Both the position numbers and the translations under genes were made by a program. A DNA stretch of 64,000 bases from NCBI GenBank assembly GCA_963837875.1, contig CAWIOV010000003.1, positions 129,654 to 193,653 on the forward strand, written 5' to 3'. The stretch is from an uncultured Chloroflexia bacterium (GTDB lineage: Bacteria > Chloroflexota > Anaerolineae > Anaerolineales > Villigracilaceae). This document shows positions 8,080 through 17,804 of the stretch, piece after piece. Each line of letters begins with the position of its first letter. Position 1 is the first letter of the stretch. The notes beneath the pieces were generated by a model. The model had not been told where the DNA came from. It saw nothing but the letters and a program-made list of their open reading frames with translations, and did no database searches.

Positions 8080-11000
8080 ATGAGTAAAGCGAGACAAGCC
8101 GGATACCACAACTCGCGAAAAACCATCGGCCTGCTGATCGGCCGGCTCGGGGATGTAGGCTATGCGGCCCAGGTATGGCCCGGCGTAGCCGCAGTAGCAG
8201 AGGAACGAGATGTCAACCTGATCTGTTTCGTGGGCGGAACTCTGTGTTCCACGCAAGAGTTCGACACGCAGCGCAATGTGGTTTATGACCTGGTCAGCCC
8301 GGAGAGGGTAGATGGACTGGTGGTCATGTCTGGTTCGATTGGCCAATTCATCGGGCCGGAGCAACTTGGCCATTTCTACGGGCGCTACCGGCCCCTGCCA
8401 ATGGTCAGCATTGCAATGGCTGTACCTGGTATTCCCAGCGTTTTAACGGACAACGCGACAGGCATGCGGGATTCAATCAATCATCTCATCAAGGTGCACA
8501 AGTTTCGCCGGATTGCCTTCATTCGCGGACCGGAAACCAATCCAGAAGCAGAACAAAGATATAAAATTTACGTTCAAGTCCTGGCCGAGCACAACATCTC
8601 CTTTGACCCCAACTTGGTTGTATCGGGCGACTTTCTTGCCGGGGCAGGTGTGGAAGCGGTCCGTCTGCTGCTTGATGAACGGAAAGTTGATTTTGATGCA
8701 ATCGCGTCAGCCAATGACCAGATGATTCTGGGCGCGATAACCGCCTTGCAGGAACGAGGCTTGCGCGTGCCAGATAATGTAAGTGTGGTGGGATTTGACG
8801 ATCTGGAAGAAGCCAAATTTGCGTCGCCTCCGCTCACAACGGTACGGCAGCCACTTTACGAGCAGGGGAAACGGGCAACTGAAATGCTCTTAGCTTTGAT
8901 GGCGGGCGAGGCTGTGCTGGAGTGCGTGACACTGCCGACTGAATTATTGATCCGTCAATCGTGCGGATGCCAGCCTCAAGATGAATACCTGACAATCACT
9001 TCCCCAGCAAAGCGAACAGGCAAACCTTTCGAAACTGCCTTTGCCACACAGCGAAAGCGCATTCTTGCTGACATGAAAAAAGCAGCCGGAATTTCGGCTG
9101 TCAAGTTGGAACCCGGGTGGGCTGAAAGGCTGTTGGAGGCTTTTGCTATTACCCTGGGTGATCCAGCGCGTAATGACTTTCTGCATATTTTGGATGAGAT
9201 GCTTCGCCAGGTGGGGGCAAATAATGGCGATGTGATGCAATGGCGCCGGCTGCTGTTTGGACTTCACAGCCATGTATTCGCATCGCTTGCCAGCGAGGCC
9301 GACCGTTCCAATGTCGAGAAACTCCTGCAACAAAGCCAATTATTGGTGGGAGAGATAGCCCAATGGGCCCAGGCACACCTGAGATTGCAAACCGAAAGAC
9401 GTTTATTCAATTTCGCCATTGGGATCAGCGAGCCGTTGATGACTGCTTTTGATGTGGCCGGGTTGACCGAGGTTATGGCACGCCAATTGCCCCAGGTGGG
9501 CATTGGAACCTGCTATCTTTCATTGTACGAGCAGGCTGGGGAAGAGCAAAAGAGCATACCGACCGAATATTCCCGGTTGATTTTGGCGTTTAACGAGAAT
9601 GGGCGGATCGAACTGGAACCGGATGGGCGGCGCTTTCCGTCCCGCCAGTTGGTGCCGGATGGCATCCTTTCCCACGAGAAACGTTATGCCATCCTGCTTG
9701 AACCTCTCCATTTCAGGGACGAGATTAAACTTGGGTTTATCATTTTTGATCTGCTGGAAACAAAGGCGGGGGCGCTGCGGGAGGCCTTGAGCCGGCAGGT
9801 CAGCACTGCCTTGAAAGGGGCGATCCTTTTAGAGGAACGCAGGCAAACACAGGAGGCATTGCAGAGATCGGATGAAAAGTACAGGGCACTGCTAGAGTTT
9901 AACAACGAAATACTGGTGAACGCGCCTATCGGCATTATCCGGCTGGACCTGGAAATGAGGATAATATACGAAAATCCCCAGTTGGAAAAGATCATTGGAC
10001 TTCCGGCTGGAGATGCCGTATCCAGTGCAATCGGAATGGATATTAGAAATATCCCAGGGATAAAACAGGCCGGGTTGATCCCGTACTTGGATGACCTTGA
10101 AAAAGGAAAGAATATCCTGGCGGAGACTCCTTTCACCTCGATCTATGGCAAGGGTTCTTATATCAGGATCAATGGACGCCCGATCTATGACCAAAGCCAA
10201 CAGGTTGGAAGCATACTCATAGTTGAGGATATCAGCGAGCGCGAACTGGCGGAAGAAGCTTTACACGAAAGTGAAGAAAGATACCGGGCAGTAATCGAAG
10301 CCACCGATACAGGCTATGTGGTGGTGGATGAACAAGGCAGGGTCGTTAATGCAAATTTGAATTATGCCCATATTACCGGTCATGCTTCTGTAGATGAGAT
10401 TCTTGGCAAGCAAATCTTGGAATGGACCGCTCCCTACGATATTGACCGGAACAAGAGTGAAGTTATCAATTGTTTTAATAAAGGTTTTATTAAGAACCTT
10501 GAAATTGACTATCAACATGCAGATGGGACAATCATCCCGATAGAAATCAACGCAAATGTTGTACAAACGAAGGAAGGCAAAGCAGTTGTTACACTTTGCC
10601 GAGATATCTCCGAGCGCAAGCGGGCCGAAGAAGCTTTGGCGGCCAGTGAGGAACGTTACCGCAGCCTGGCTGAGGCTTCCCACGATATGATCTTCATCAT
10701 CGGGGAAAAGGGGAATGTTGAATACGTGAATGAATTCGCCTCCCGCCAGTTTGGCCTCCAGGCTGAACTTATCGTAGGGATGAAAATGGAGAGCTTGTTT
10801 TCCGGCGAGGTGGCCGAGCGCCAGCATAAGAGCCTGTTGCAGATAATGTCATCCGGTGCACCAGCCTATTTTGAAGCACCGTCGGAGTTCCCTGGTGGTG
10901 AGAAGTGGTTGGGAACCTGGCTAGTACCTCTCAAGGATAGGGCCGGACGGACAAACTCCGTAGTGGGAGTATCGCGCGATATCACTGATCGCATCAGGGT

Positions 11001-11808
11001 GGACCAGGCTTTGAAAGAATACTCCGAACGCCTGGAAGATATGGTGGGGGAACGCACAGCCGAGCTGCGGGAGGCTTTACAGAAAGCACAACAGGCAGAT
11101 AAATTAAAGACAGAGTTCATTTCGAATATCAATCACGAACTGCGCACTCCTTTGACCAACCTGGTACTTTATCATCAAATCCTGCGGGCGGACCCTAGTG
11201 TGAAAACCCAGGAGCGCTTGGATGTAATTGGGCGTGAGATCCAGCGTTTGCGGATCCTGATCGAAGACATGCTCAAGCTCTCCCGCCTTGACACCGGGCA
11301 GGTAGCCTTCCACCCTCTGCCGCAGGATTTGAACCGGATCATTGACACCCTGGTAAGCGATCGCATAACCATCGCAGAATCACGCGGCCTTACCCTGACA
11401 ACAGAATTGCAACCGGGCCTCCCAACGGTCTGGTTGGATGATGTCATGGTTGTTCAGATCATTTCAAACTTATTGACCAATGCCTTGAACTACACCCCGG
11501 CCGGAGGGCGGGTGCACATCTCGACCCGCAGGATGGAAGACCGATTGGGCCGGCCCAGAGTGGCGTTCATCGTACAGGATACTGGACCAGGGATCAGCCA
11601 GGAAGACCTCCCGCACTTGTTCAAGCGCTTTTATCGTGGTAAAGCCGGGCATGCTACAGGAGTACCGGGTACCGGCCTGGGTTTGGCAATTGTAAAACAA
11701 TTGGTTGAAAAGCATAACGGCAATATAGAAGTTAGGAATAGCCCCACTGGTAGCGGGGCCATCTTTACAGTTTGGATTCCAGTTGACCAGGAGCAGGAGG
11801 CTTACTAA
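8080..11808 (+). CDS. LacI-type ligand-binding fold (no HTH) - helical linker - 3x PAS - histidine kinase
   Basis: 1242 aa. IGLLIGRL, FRRIAFIRGP and VVGFDDLEEAKFASPPLTTVRQP resemble the LacI/PurR sugar-binding core. Three PAS-like segments each follow an EERYR(A/S) junction. H-box NHELRTPL and G-boxes DTGPGI / GTGLGLAIV. Confidence 0.85.
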   Translation: MSKARQAGYHNSRKTIGLLIGRLGDVGYAAQVWPGVAAVAEERDVNLICFVGGTLCSTQEFDTQRNVVYDLVSPERVDGLVVMSGSIGQFIGPEQLGHFYGRYRPLPMVSIAMAVPGIPSVLTDNATGMRDSINHLIKVHKFRRIAFIRGPETNPEAEQRYKIYVQVLAEHNISFDPNLVVSGDFLAGAGVEAVRLLLDERKVDFDAIASANDQMILGAITALQERGLRVPDNVSVVGFDDLEEAKFASPPLTTVRQPLYEQGKRATEMLLALMAGEAVLECVTLPTELLIRQSCGCQPQDEYLTITSPAKRTGKPFETAFATQRKRILADMKKAAGISAVKLEPGWAERLLEAFAITLGDPARNDFLHILDEMLRQVGANNGDVMQWRRLLFGLHSHVFASLASEADRSNVEKLLQQSQLLVGEIAQWAQAHLRLQTERRLFNFAIGISEPLMTAFDVAGLTEVMARQLPQVGIGTCYLSLYEQAGEEQKSIPTEYSRLILAFNENGRIELEPDGRRFPSRQLVPDGILSHEKRYAILLEPLHFRDEIKLGFIIFDLLETKAGALREALSRQVSTALKGAILLEERRQTQEALQRSDEKYRALLEFNNEILVNAPIGIIRLDLEMRIIYENPQLEKIIGLPAGDAVSSAIGMDIRNIPGIKQAGLIPYLDDLEKGKNILAETPFTSIYGKGSYIRINGRPIYDQSQQVGSILIVEDISERELAEEALHESEERYRAVIEATDTGYVVVDEQGRVVNANLNYAHITGHASVDEILGKQILEWTAPYDIDRNKSEVINCFNKGFIKNLEIDYQHADGTIIPIEINANVVQTKEGKAVVTLCRDISERKRAEEALAASEERYRSLAEASHDMIFIIGEKGNVEYVNEFASRQFGLQAELIVGMKMESLFSGEVAERQHKSLLQIMSSGAPAYFEAPSEFPGGEKWLGTWLVPLKDRAGRTNSVVGVSRDITDRIRVDQALKEYSERLEDMVGERTAELREALQKAQQADKLKTEFISNINHELRTPLTNLVLYHQILRADPSVKTQERLDVIGREIQRLRILIEDMLKLSRLDTGQVAFHPLPQDLNRIIDTLVSDRITIAESRGLTLTTELQPGLPTVWLDDVMVVQIISNLLTNALNYTPAGGRVHISTRRMEDRLGRPRVAFIVQDTGPGISQEDLPHLFKRFYRGKAGHATGVPGTGLGLAIVKQLVEKHNGNIEVRNSPTGSGAIFTVWIPVDQEQEAY

Positions 11809-11855
11809 CCTGCTCCTAATTTTATTCCAACTCATCGATTGAAGGGAAATAAGGC

Positions 11856-12734
11856 ATGCCTGCTCAACTAATAGATGGAAAAGCGATTGCCCAGGAAGTG
11901 CGCGAAGCAGTGGCTGAGGAAGTAGCCAGACGTACGGGGGCCGGAAAGCCCAGGCCCACCCTTGCCACTGTGCTGGTTGGGGACCGAACAAACTCGGCCG
12001 CGTATGTTTCATCAAAGGGGAAAGCCTGCCTTGAACTGGGTATGGGTTCGATCAGCGAACACCTCCCGGCAGATGCCACCCAGGAACAGGTCGAGGAACT
12101 GGTGAAGCGGTTAAACGCCGAACCCCAGGTGAGCGGTATCCTGGTGCAGTTGCCGATGCCGGCACATATCAACGAAGAACGTGTTCTGTCTCTGATCAAT
12201 ATCGAAAAGGACGTGGATGGGTTCTCGCCCATCAATATCGGGCGACTAGCCCAAAAGGGGCGGGAACCACTATTCGTGCCGTGTACTCCTTATGGCTGTA
12301 TTTACTTGCTCGAACAGGCCGGGGTAAAAATCGAAGGGGCCAATGCGGTGGTGCTGGGCCGCTCGAACATCGTCGGGATGCCCGTGGCGCTCCTGCTGAT
12401 TGGGAAGAATGCGACGGTCACAGTTTGCCATTCGCACACGCGTGACCTGCCTGCCATCATCCGCCAAGCAGATATCCTGGTTGTCGCCATCGGTAAAATG
12501 GAAATGGTGCGCGGCGACTGGATCAAGCCCGGCGCGGCGGTCATTGACGTAGGCATCAATGAGAAGCCGGACGCGAGCAAGAGGAAAGGCTACCGCCTGG
12601 TCGGGGATGTGAATTTCGAGGAAGCCGTACAAGTAGCCGGCTGGATCACCCCGGTCCCGGGCGGCGTCGGCCCGATGACAATCGCCATTTTGATGAAGAA
12701 TACCCTGCGGGCGGCAGAGATACAGAATCCATGA
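11856..12734 (+). CDS. folD: bifunctional methylenetetrahydrofolate dehydrogenase/cyclohydrolase
   Basis: 292 aa: MPAQLIDGKAIA..., VGDRTNSAAYVSSKGKAC, GILVQLPMP, VVLGRSNIVGMPVA, TPVPGGVGPMT. Confidence 0.95.
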   Translation: MPAQLIDGKAIAQEVREAVAEEVARRTGAGKPRPTLATVLVGDRTNSAAYVSSKGKACLELGMGSISEHLPADATQEQVEELVKRLNAEPQVSGILVQLPMPAHINEERVLSLINIEKDVDGFSPINIGRLAQKGREPLFVPCTPYGCIYLLEQAGVKIEGANAVVLGRSNIVGMPVALLLIGKNATVTVCHSHTRDLPAIIRQADILVVAIGKMEMVRGDWIKPGAAVIDVGINEKPDASKRKGYRLVGDVNFEEAVQVAGWITPVPGGVGPMTIAILMKNTLRAAEIQNP

Positions 12735-13155
12735 ATTATTGGATGTTTCATGTTGTTGCGCGACGGACATTTATATGTGATAATAATAGGGTAAAAAACA
12801 ATAGGAAAGTATGGACGCCATTTAGGTTGCACCGCGGGAGAAGAAATGAGGGTGAAGAGTCAAATTCAGAGATAATGAGACAATGATTTTCAAAGAGCCG
12901 CAACCCGTTCACGCCTCGTACAATACAAGTAAGTGCATAAATTATTACTTGCACGCGTAAAAGCTGGGCAACTGCGGGCAATGGCACGACAGGGCGAAAA
13001 TCTCCAACACGAGAAACCACCTTGGCGGTGTGTCGCTCGGCGTGTCTCCTACGAAACAGGGCGCTTGGTTCGCAATGCGACAGTATGCGGGTAAATCAGT
13101 TGCAATGATGTACCCTACCAGTCATTCCAAATTAGTTAATCAGAGGAGATTAAGC

Positions 13156-13554
13156 ATGAGTTGGTATATTGCGGTACTTAAAAAATATGCGGTTCTTAGT
13201 GGCAGAGCAAGAAGAAAAGAATATTGGATGTTTTATCTGTTCAATTTGATTATAGCCATTGTGATTGGGGTAATTGTCGGTATTGCCACCTCGATGGATG
13301 CGAATAACGGTACCAGCCTGGCCCCTATATTTACTGTTCTCTCTTATTTGTATTCATTTGCAATACTTCTTCCTTCGTTGGGAGTTACGGTAAGAAGGCT
13401 CCATGATATTGGAAAAAGTGGTTGGTGGATCTTTATTAGTTTAATTCCTATTATTGGAGATATTTGGCTCTTGGTACTTCTGTGCACTGACAGCCAGCCT
13501 GGTACAAATCAATATGGGCCAAACCCGAAAGAAGATGGACAATTGATCAGCTAA
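13156..13554 (+). CDS. DUF805 family inner-membrane protein
   Basis: ATG 13156 is preceded by GGAGA. RRKEYWMFYLFN and RRLHDIGKSGWW motifs with three or more TM helices. The longer track start at 13030 has no support. Confidence 0.8.
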   Translation: MSWYIAVLKKYAVLSGRARRKEYWMFYLFNLIIAIVIGVIVGIATSMDANNGTSLAPIFTVLSYLYSFAILLPSLGVTVRRLHDIGKSGWWIFISLIPIIGDIWLLVLLCTDSQPGTNQYGPNPKEDGQLIS

Positions 13555-13600
13555 GTACGCAGTAGCAACATTTCATTTTTAGATTCTGGATTTTCAACTA

Positions 13601-13641
13601 AAAGAGCCCCGCTTCGAGCGAGGCTCTTTGTTTTCGTTTTT
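13601..13641 (+). terminator. intrinsic terminator hairpin after the DUF805 gene
   Basis: AAAGAGCC..(CGCT tcg AGCG)..GGCTCTTT followed by GTTTTCGTTTTT. Confidence 0.7.
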
Positions 13642-13688
13642 GACGATGCCGGGCGCTATTAGACCGATTTCCCGCTGGCGGTTCCTGT

Positions 13689-14732
13689 TCATGGCAATGG
13701 GTGCCACACCAATGACAGCAGCATGGCAATTGCAACCAGGAGCGCACCGAAGGCCGTGAATATGACGCTGATCTCAAGGACCTCGTGCTTGACGATCAGG
13801 TAGGTCGGCAGACTAGCGAAAACGCTCTCGAGTTGGCTTGCGCTCGAAGCCAGGTGATACGTTCCACCAGTCATGGATGCAACTTGCTTCAGCATGGTGT
13901 CATTGAGCCCCATGCGAAAGCCGCCTCCTCGACCAAAAAAGCCAGGCCCGCCGCCGGGGAAACCGCCTCCGAATGGGCTTTGGGAGGCGCTTGGTCCGTT
14001 TATTGTGCCAAAACCGATGGTATAGATGCGCACTCCACGGTCAACCGCCTGTTGGGCGGCAACCAAAGGGTCTGGACCGAAGTTACTGTCTCCATCGGTA
14101 AGCAGGACGATAATATCCGGGGCATAATCGCCTTTGGGAACCGGCGTAGGTTCCACACCCGGCTGGGTGTCAGTGATGCTGGGAGCAACGTTCTTATCCA
14201 CCTGGGAGATGGCGTCCAGGGCGGCAAGGATCCCGCTTCCAATGGCAGTTCTGCGCCCTACGGTTAAACTTTCCAGCGCAGCCAGTAATGCATTCTGGTC
14301 GGTTGTAGGTGGTTGGATAATTTCAGCGAAACTGGAAAACGCCACCAATCCAATTTGGGTGCCAGCTTTCTGGTGTTGGATGAAGGACCACGCGGCTTCC
14401 TCGGCTGCCCCAAGGCGGGTGGGTTGAATATCGCTTGAGCGCATACTCCCCGACACATCTATGCTCAGGATGATCGTAGTTTGGCTGGTGGGGATGTTCA
14501 GGATGGCAACCGGGCGTGCCAAGGCAAGTATCAAGCTGGCAAGACCAAGAAGAAACAGGGCAACCGGAAGATGGCGGCGCCAGTGAGCATTTTTAGGCAA
14601 TGCGGCGCGCACAAGCTCCAAGCTGGAATAGCGCACTGCAAACCGCCTGCGGCGGAGCATCCAGATATACAATCCAATCAGAAGAGGAATTAATCCCAGC
14701 AGGAAAAGGAATCCGGGCCAGAGAAATTCCAT
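13689..14732 (-). CDS. VWA domain membrane protein (BatA/BatB-like)
   Basis: 347 aa with N- and C-terminal TM helices. MIDAS motif DVSGSM and LLTDGDSN. Confidence 0.85.
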   Translation of the reverse strand: MEFLWPGFLFLLGLIPLLIGLYIWMLRRRRFAVRYSSLELVRAALPKNAHWRRHLPVALFLLGLASLILALARPVAILNIPTSQTTIILSIDVSGSMRSSDIQPTRLGAAEEAAWSFIQHQKAGTQIGLVAFSSFAEIIQPPTTDQNALLAALESLTVGRRTAIGSGILAALDAISQVDKNVAPSITDTQPGVEPTPVPKGDYAPDIIVLLTDGDSNFGPDPLVAAQQAVDRGVRIYTIGFGTINGPSASQSPFGGGFPGGGPGFFGRGGGFRMGLNDTMLKQVASMTGGTYHLASSASQLESVFASLPTYLIVKHEVLEISVIFTAFGALLVAIAMLLSLVWHPLP

Positions 14733-14812
14733 CTATCAACTCCTATCCATATGAATCAAATGTGTCTCCTTAAATGGTTTATTGAGATGATACAACCATC
14801 CCAACTGCGAGG

Positions 14813-15832
14813 TCATGGTAGACGGCTGAACCATAGGAGTGAAAACAGGCTGCCGATCAACATAAAGAAGATGCCTGCCCCGGCAAAAAGGGAGGTTATT
14901 TCGGTCTTTTCCGGTTTGTTGATTAGTTGCGAGTTGATGTGATCGTAGATCTTGAACAGGTCTTGTTCGCTTTGGGCATTGTAATACATACCGCCGGTTA
15001 TCTGGGATATTTGTTGGAGGGTTGTCTCGTCCAGTTGCGTGTGAAGGGAAAAACCGTTGATATGCACAGTTGTGCCTGTTTGACTGCCAATGCCAACGGT
15101 ATAAATGCGCACGCCTCGGTCAGCAGCCGTCTGGGCGGCGGCCAAGGGGTCGGGATTTTCGTTATTTTCGCCGTCTGAAAGCAGGATGATAACCGCCGGT
15201 GTATACATTCCATGCGGTACCGGTGTGGGCGTGGGGGTGGGCGTAAGCAGCAGGTTGCTGTAGACCTCCGCTGGCAGCCCGCCGCTGCTGCCAGCAGCAA
15301 TAGCATTAAGCGATGCAAGGATACCTTGTCCCACCGAGGTCCCGGTTTGGGGAGTCAACCGGTTGATGGCGGCCAGGATGGAGTTCGGGTCGTTGGTCGG
15401 AACTTGCACCGACAATCCGGTATCGCTGAAGGCCACTACGCCGGTCTGCACAAAGAGCGGCTGATGCTTCACAAATTCACGTGCAGCGGACTTGGCAGCT
15501 TCCATACGGGTCGGTTTTATATCATTGGCTGCCATGCTGCCGGATACGTCAAACGCCAGGATGACAGTCCCTTCCTGCTTCGGCAGGGCTACTACGGCTT
15601 GCGGGCGGGCCAATGCAATTGCCAGGATTGTAAGCCCTGCCAGGAAAAATGCAAGGGGAATGTGGCGGCGCAGGCCAGGCCGGCTTCCTTTATTGCCCGG
15701 CGCAAAACCAAGCCTACCATACTGGACGGATAATTTCCGCCTTCGCCGCTGCACCAGGAGATAGACCAGGATGAACAATGGAACTAACAGCAGAGAAAAA
15801 AGCATTCCAGGCCAGATGAACGACATAACCAA
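14813..15832 (-). CDS. VWA domain membrane protein (BatA/BatB-like paralogue)
   Basis: 339 aa. MIDAS motif FDVSGSM and LLSDGENN, with terminal TM helices. Confidence 0.85.
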   Translation of the reverse strand: MVMSFIWPGMLFSLLLVPLFILVYLLVQRRRRKLSVQYGRLGFAPGNKGSRPGLRRHIPLAFFLAGLTILAIALARPQAVVALPKQEGTVILAFDVSGSMAANDIKPTRMEAAKSAAREFVKHQPLFVQTGVVAFSDTGLSVQVPTNDPNSILAAINRLTPQTGTSVGQGILASLNAIAAGSSGGLPAEVYSNLLLTPTPTPTPVPHGMYTPAVIILLSDGENNENPDPLAAAQTAADRGVRIYTVGIGSQTGTTVHINGFSLHTQLDETTLQQISQITGGMYYNAQSEQDLFKIYDHINSQLINKPEKTEITSLFAGAGIFFMLIGSLFSLLWFSRLP

Positions 15833-15834
15833 AG

Positions 15835-16734
15835 CTACTTTCTTTGTTGGCGACGCAGAGTGGCAAAGCGTACAATCGCATGAACCAGATCGTCTTCGGT
15901 TGACAGTGGCAAAACATCCACGCCGGCGCGCTTGAAAGCCTGCGCCAGTTCTGCTTCACGCTGGTGAGCCGCTTCTTCAAAACGCTGGCGGAACTTGCGG
16001 TCGTGGGTATCTACAAACATTTGATCGCCGGTTTCTGCATCTTCCATCACAACCATGCCAATATCCGGAAGCTTGGTTTCACGCGGATCCCACAGGCGGA
16101 CAGCGAGCACTTCGTGGCGCTGGTTGAGCAAATTCAATGTGCGTTCCCACCCCGGTACACAGATGAAATCCGAGAGCACGAACACCAGGCTGCGTTTTTT
16201 TAGGGAATACAAGCCACTTTCAAGCAGAGGCGTAAGATTGGTAAATGGAGCGTGGGTTAATTGAGGCTGTTTTAGCAGATCGTTGACAAGGCGCAGCACC
16301 TGGATGCGACCGCCGCGGGCTGGGATTACCCGCTCGATGCGGCTGTCATAGAATATTGCGCCCACCCGGTTGCCGTGGCGGGTCAAAAGCCGGGCCAGCG
16401 TTGTCACGAAATCGATCAGCACGGTACGCTTCAGGCTTTCAACTGTGCCGAAATCCACCGACGGGCTGAGATCGAGTAAAAACCAGGCTGTGATTTCACG
16501 GTCTTCGGCATATTGCCGGACGTAGGGCGTATTCATACGCGCGGTCACATTCCAGTCAATATAGCGAATGTCATCCTGGGACTGATATTCTCGCAGGTCG
16601 GCGAAATCCACCCCATATCCGTAAAACAGGGTGCGGTAATCGCCTTGTAAAAGCCCATCCAGGCGGCGGATAACCTGCCAGTCGAGACGCTGCAGGATGC
16701 GTTCAGGCGTTGATGTGGTTGTTGGCATGCTCAT
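15835..16734 (-). CDS. DUF58 domain protein (MoxR-associated)
   Basis: 299 aa: DFADLREYQSQDDIRYIDW motif, position between MoxR and the VWA genes. The start overlaps the MoxR 3' end, so the exact start is uncertain. Confidence 0.8.
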   Translation of the reverse strand: MSMPTTTSTPERILQRLDWQVIRRLDGLLQGDYRTLFYGYGVDFADLREYQSQDDIRYIDWNVTARMNTPYVRQYAEDREITAWFLLDLSPSVDFGTVESLKRTVLIDFVTTLARLLTRHGNRVGAIFYDSRIERVIPARGGRIQVLRLVNDLLKQPQLTHAPFTNLTPLLESGLYSLKKRSLVFVLSDFICVPGWERTLNLLNQRHEVLAVRLWDPRETKLPDIGMVVMEDAETGDQMFVDTHDRKFRQRFEEAAHQREAELAQAFKRAGVDVLPLSTEDDLVHAIVRFATLRRQQRK

Positions 16735-17713
16735 GGAGCGGTACCACGGGGATCGGGATGCGGTCGAGGATTTTCTTCAAGATGTCGTCACTATTAACGT
16801 TATCTGACAGTGCCTCGAAGGTCAAAACAAGCCGGTGGCGCATTACATCGAGCGCCATATCAGAAACATCCTGCGGCAGGGCATAATCCCGGCCCCGAAC
16901 AAAGGCAAGCGCACGCGCAGTCAGGATCAGGTTGATAGAGGCGCGCGGGCTGGCACCAAACATGATGTAATGTTCCAGATCTTTCAAGCCAACCTCTTTG
17001 GGGCTCCGGGTGGCGGTTACCATCTTGACCGCATACTCAATCAGGGAAGGATCCACAAACACATGGTCGGTTTGGCGCTGCAAATCCATCAACTGCTGTG
17101 TAGTCAGCACCTTCTGCATGGTCTGTAACATGCCGGTCATACGTTCGACGATAACGAATTCTTCGGTCGAACTGGGATAACCGACCAGCACCTTGAGCAT
17201 AAAACGGTCCACCTGCGCTTCTGGGAGAGCATACGTCCCTTCGGTTTCGATCGGGTTCTGCGTGGCCAGTACCAGGAAAGGCTCGGGAACCTTGAATGTC
17301 TCCCGCCCGATGGTAACTTGCTGCTCCTGCATCACTTCCAGCAGGGCGCTCTGTACCTTGGCGGGTGCACGGTTGATTTCATCTGCCAGCAACAGGTTCG
17401 TAAAGACCGGACCGAGCGAAGTGTTAAATTCGCCTGTTTTTTGATTGTAGATACGCGTACCGATCAAATCGGCCGGGACCAAGTCAGGGGTGAATTGGAT
17501 ACGCTTGAACTCACCACCAATCGCCTCTGCCAGCGTTTTGATGGCCATTGTCTTGGCCAACCCCGGTACACCTTCCACGAGGATATGCCCGCGCGCCAGC
17601 AGGGCAACCACCAAACGTTCCAGTAGGTGATCCTGTCCGACAATCACCTTTTTTACTTCGTACAATACGCGTTCCATTGGCAAACCATTTTCGGAACTTA
17701 AATTATGATCCAT
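16703..17713 (-). CDS. MoxR-family AAA+ ATPase
   Basis: 336 aa: Walker A GVPGLAKT, Walker B LLADEINRA, FLVLATQNP. Confidence 0.92.
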   Translation of the reverse strand: MDHNLSSENGLPMERVLYEVKKVIVGQDHLLERLVVALLARGHILVEGVPGLAKTMAIKTLAEAIGGEFKRIQFTPDLVPADLIGTRIYNQKTGEFNTSLGPVFTNLLLADEINRAPAKVQSALLEVMQEQQVTIGRETFKVPEPFLVLATQNPIETEGTYALPEAQVDRFMLKVLVGYPSSTEEFVIVERMTGMLQTMQKVLTTQQLMDLQRQTDHVFVDPSLIEYAVKMVTATRSPKEVGLKDLEHYIMFGASPRASINLILTARALAFVRGRDYALPQDVSDMALDVMRHRLVLTFEALSDNVNSDDILKKILDRIPIPVVPLHEHANNHINA

Positions 17714-17804
17714 CTACCAACTCCTTTTTGAGATCTTCCCAATAAGCGGGAAATGGGAAGGCCCCCATTCCCGGATTTATTGAGATGGTATCGTTTTTTA
17801 TATT

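Noticed and set aside
12735-13155. 420-nt AT-richer gap upstream of the DUF805 gene as a possible riboswitch or sRNA
   Set aside because: It contains only short hairpins (e.g. CAAGTAA..TTACTTG at about 12927-12955). I could not match any riboswitch consensus I know (guanidine/ykkC, preQ1, ZTP, SAM, TPP). Left unassigned rather than called.
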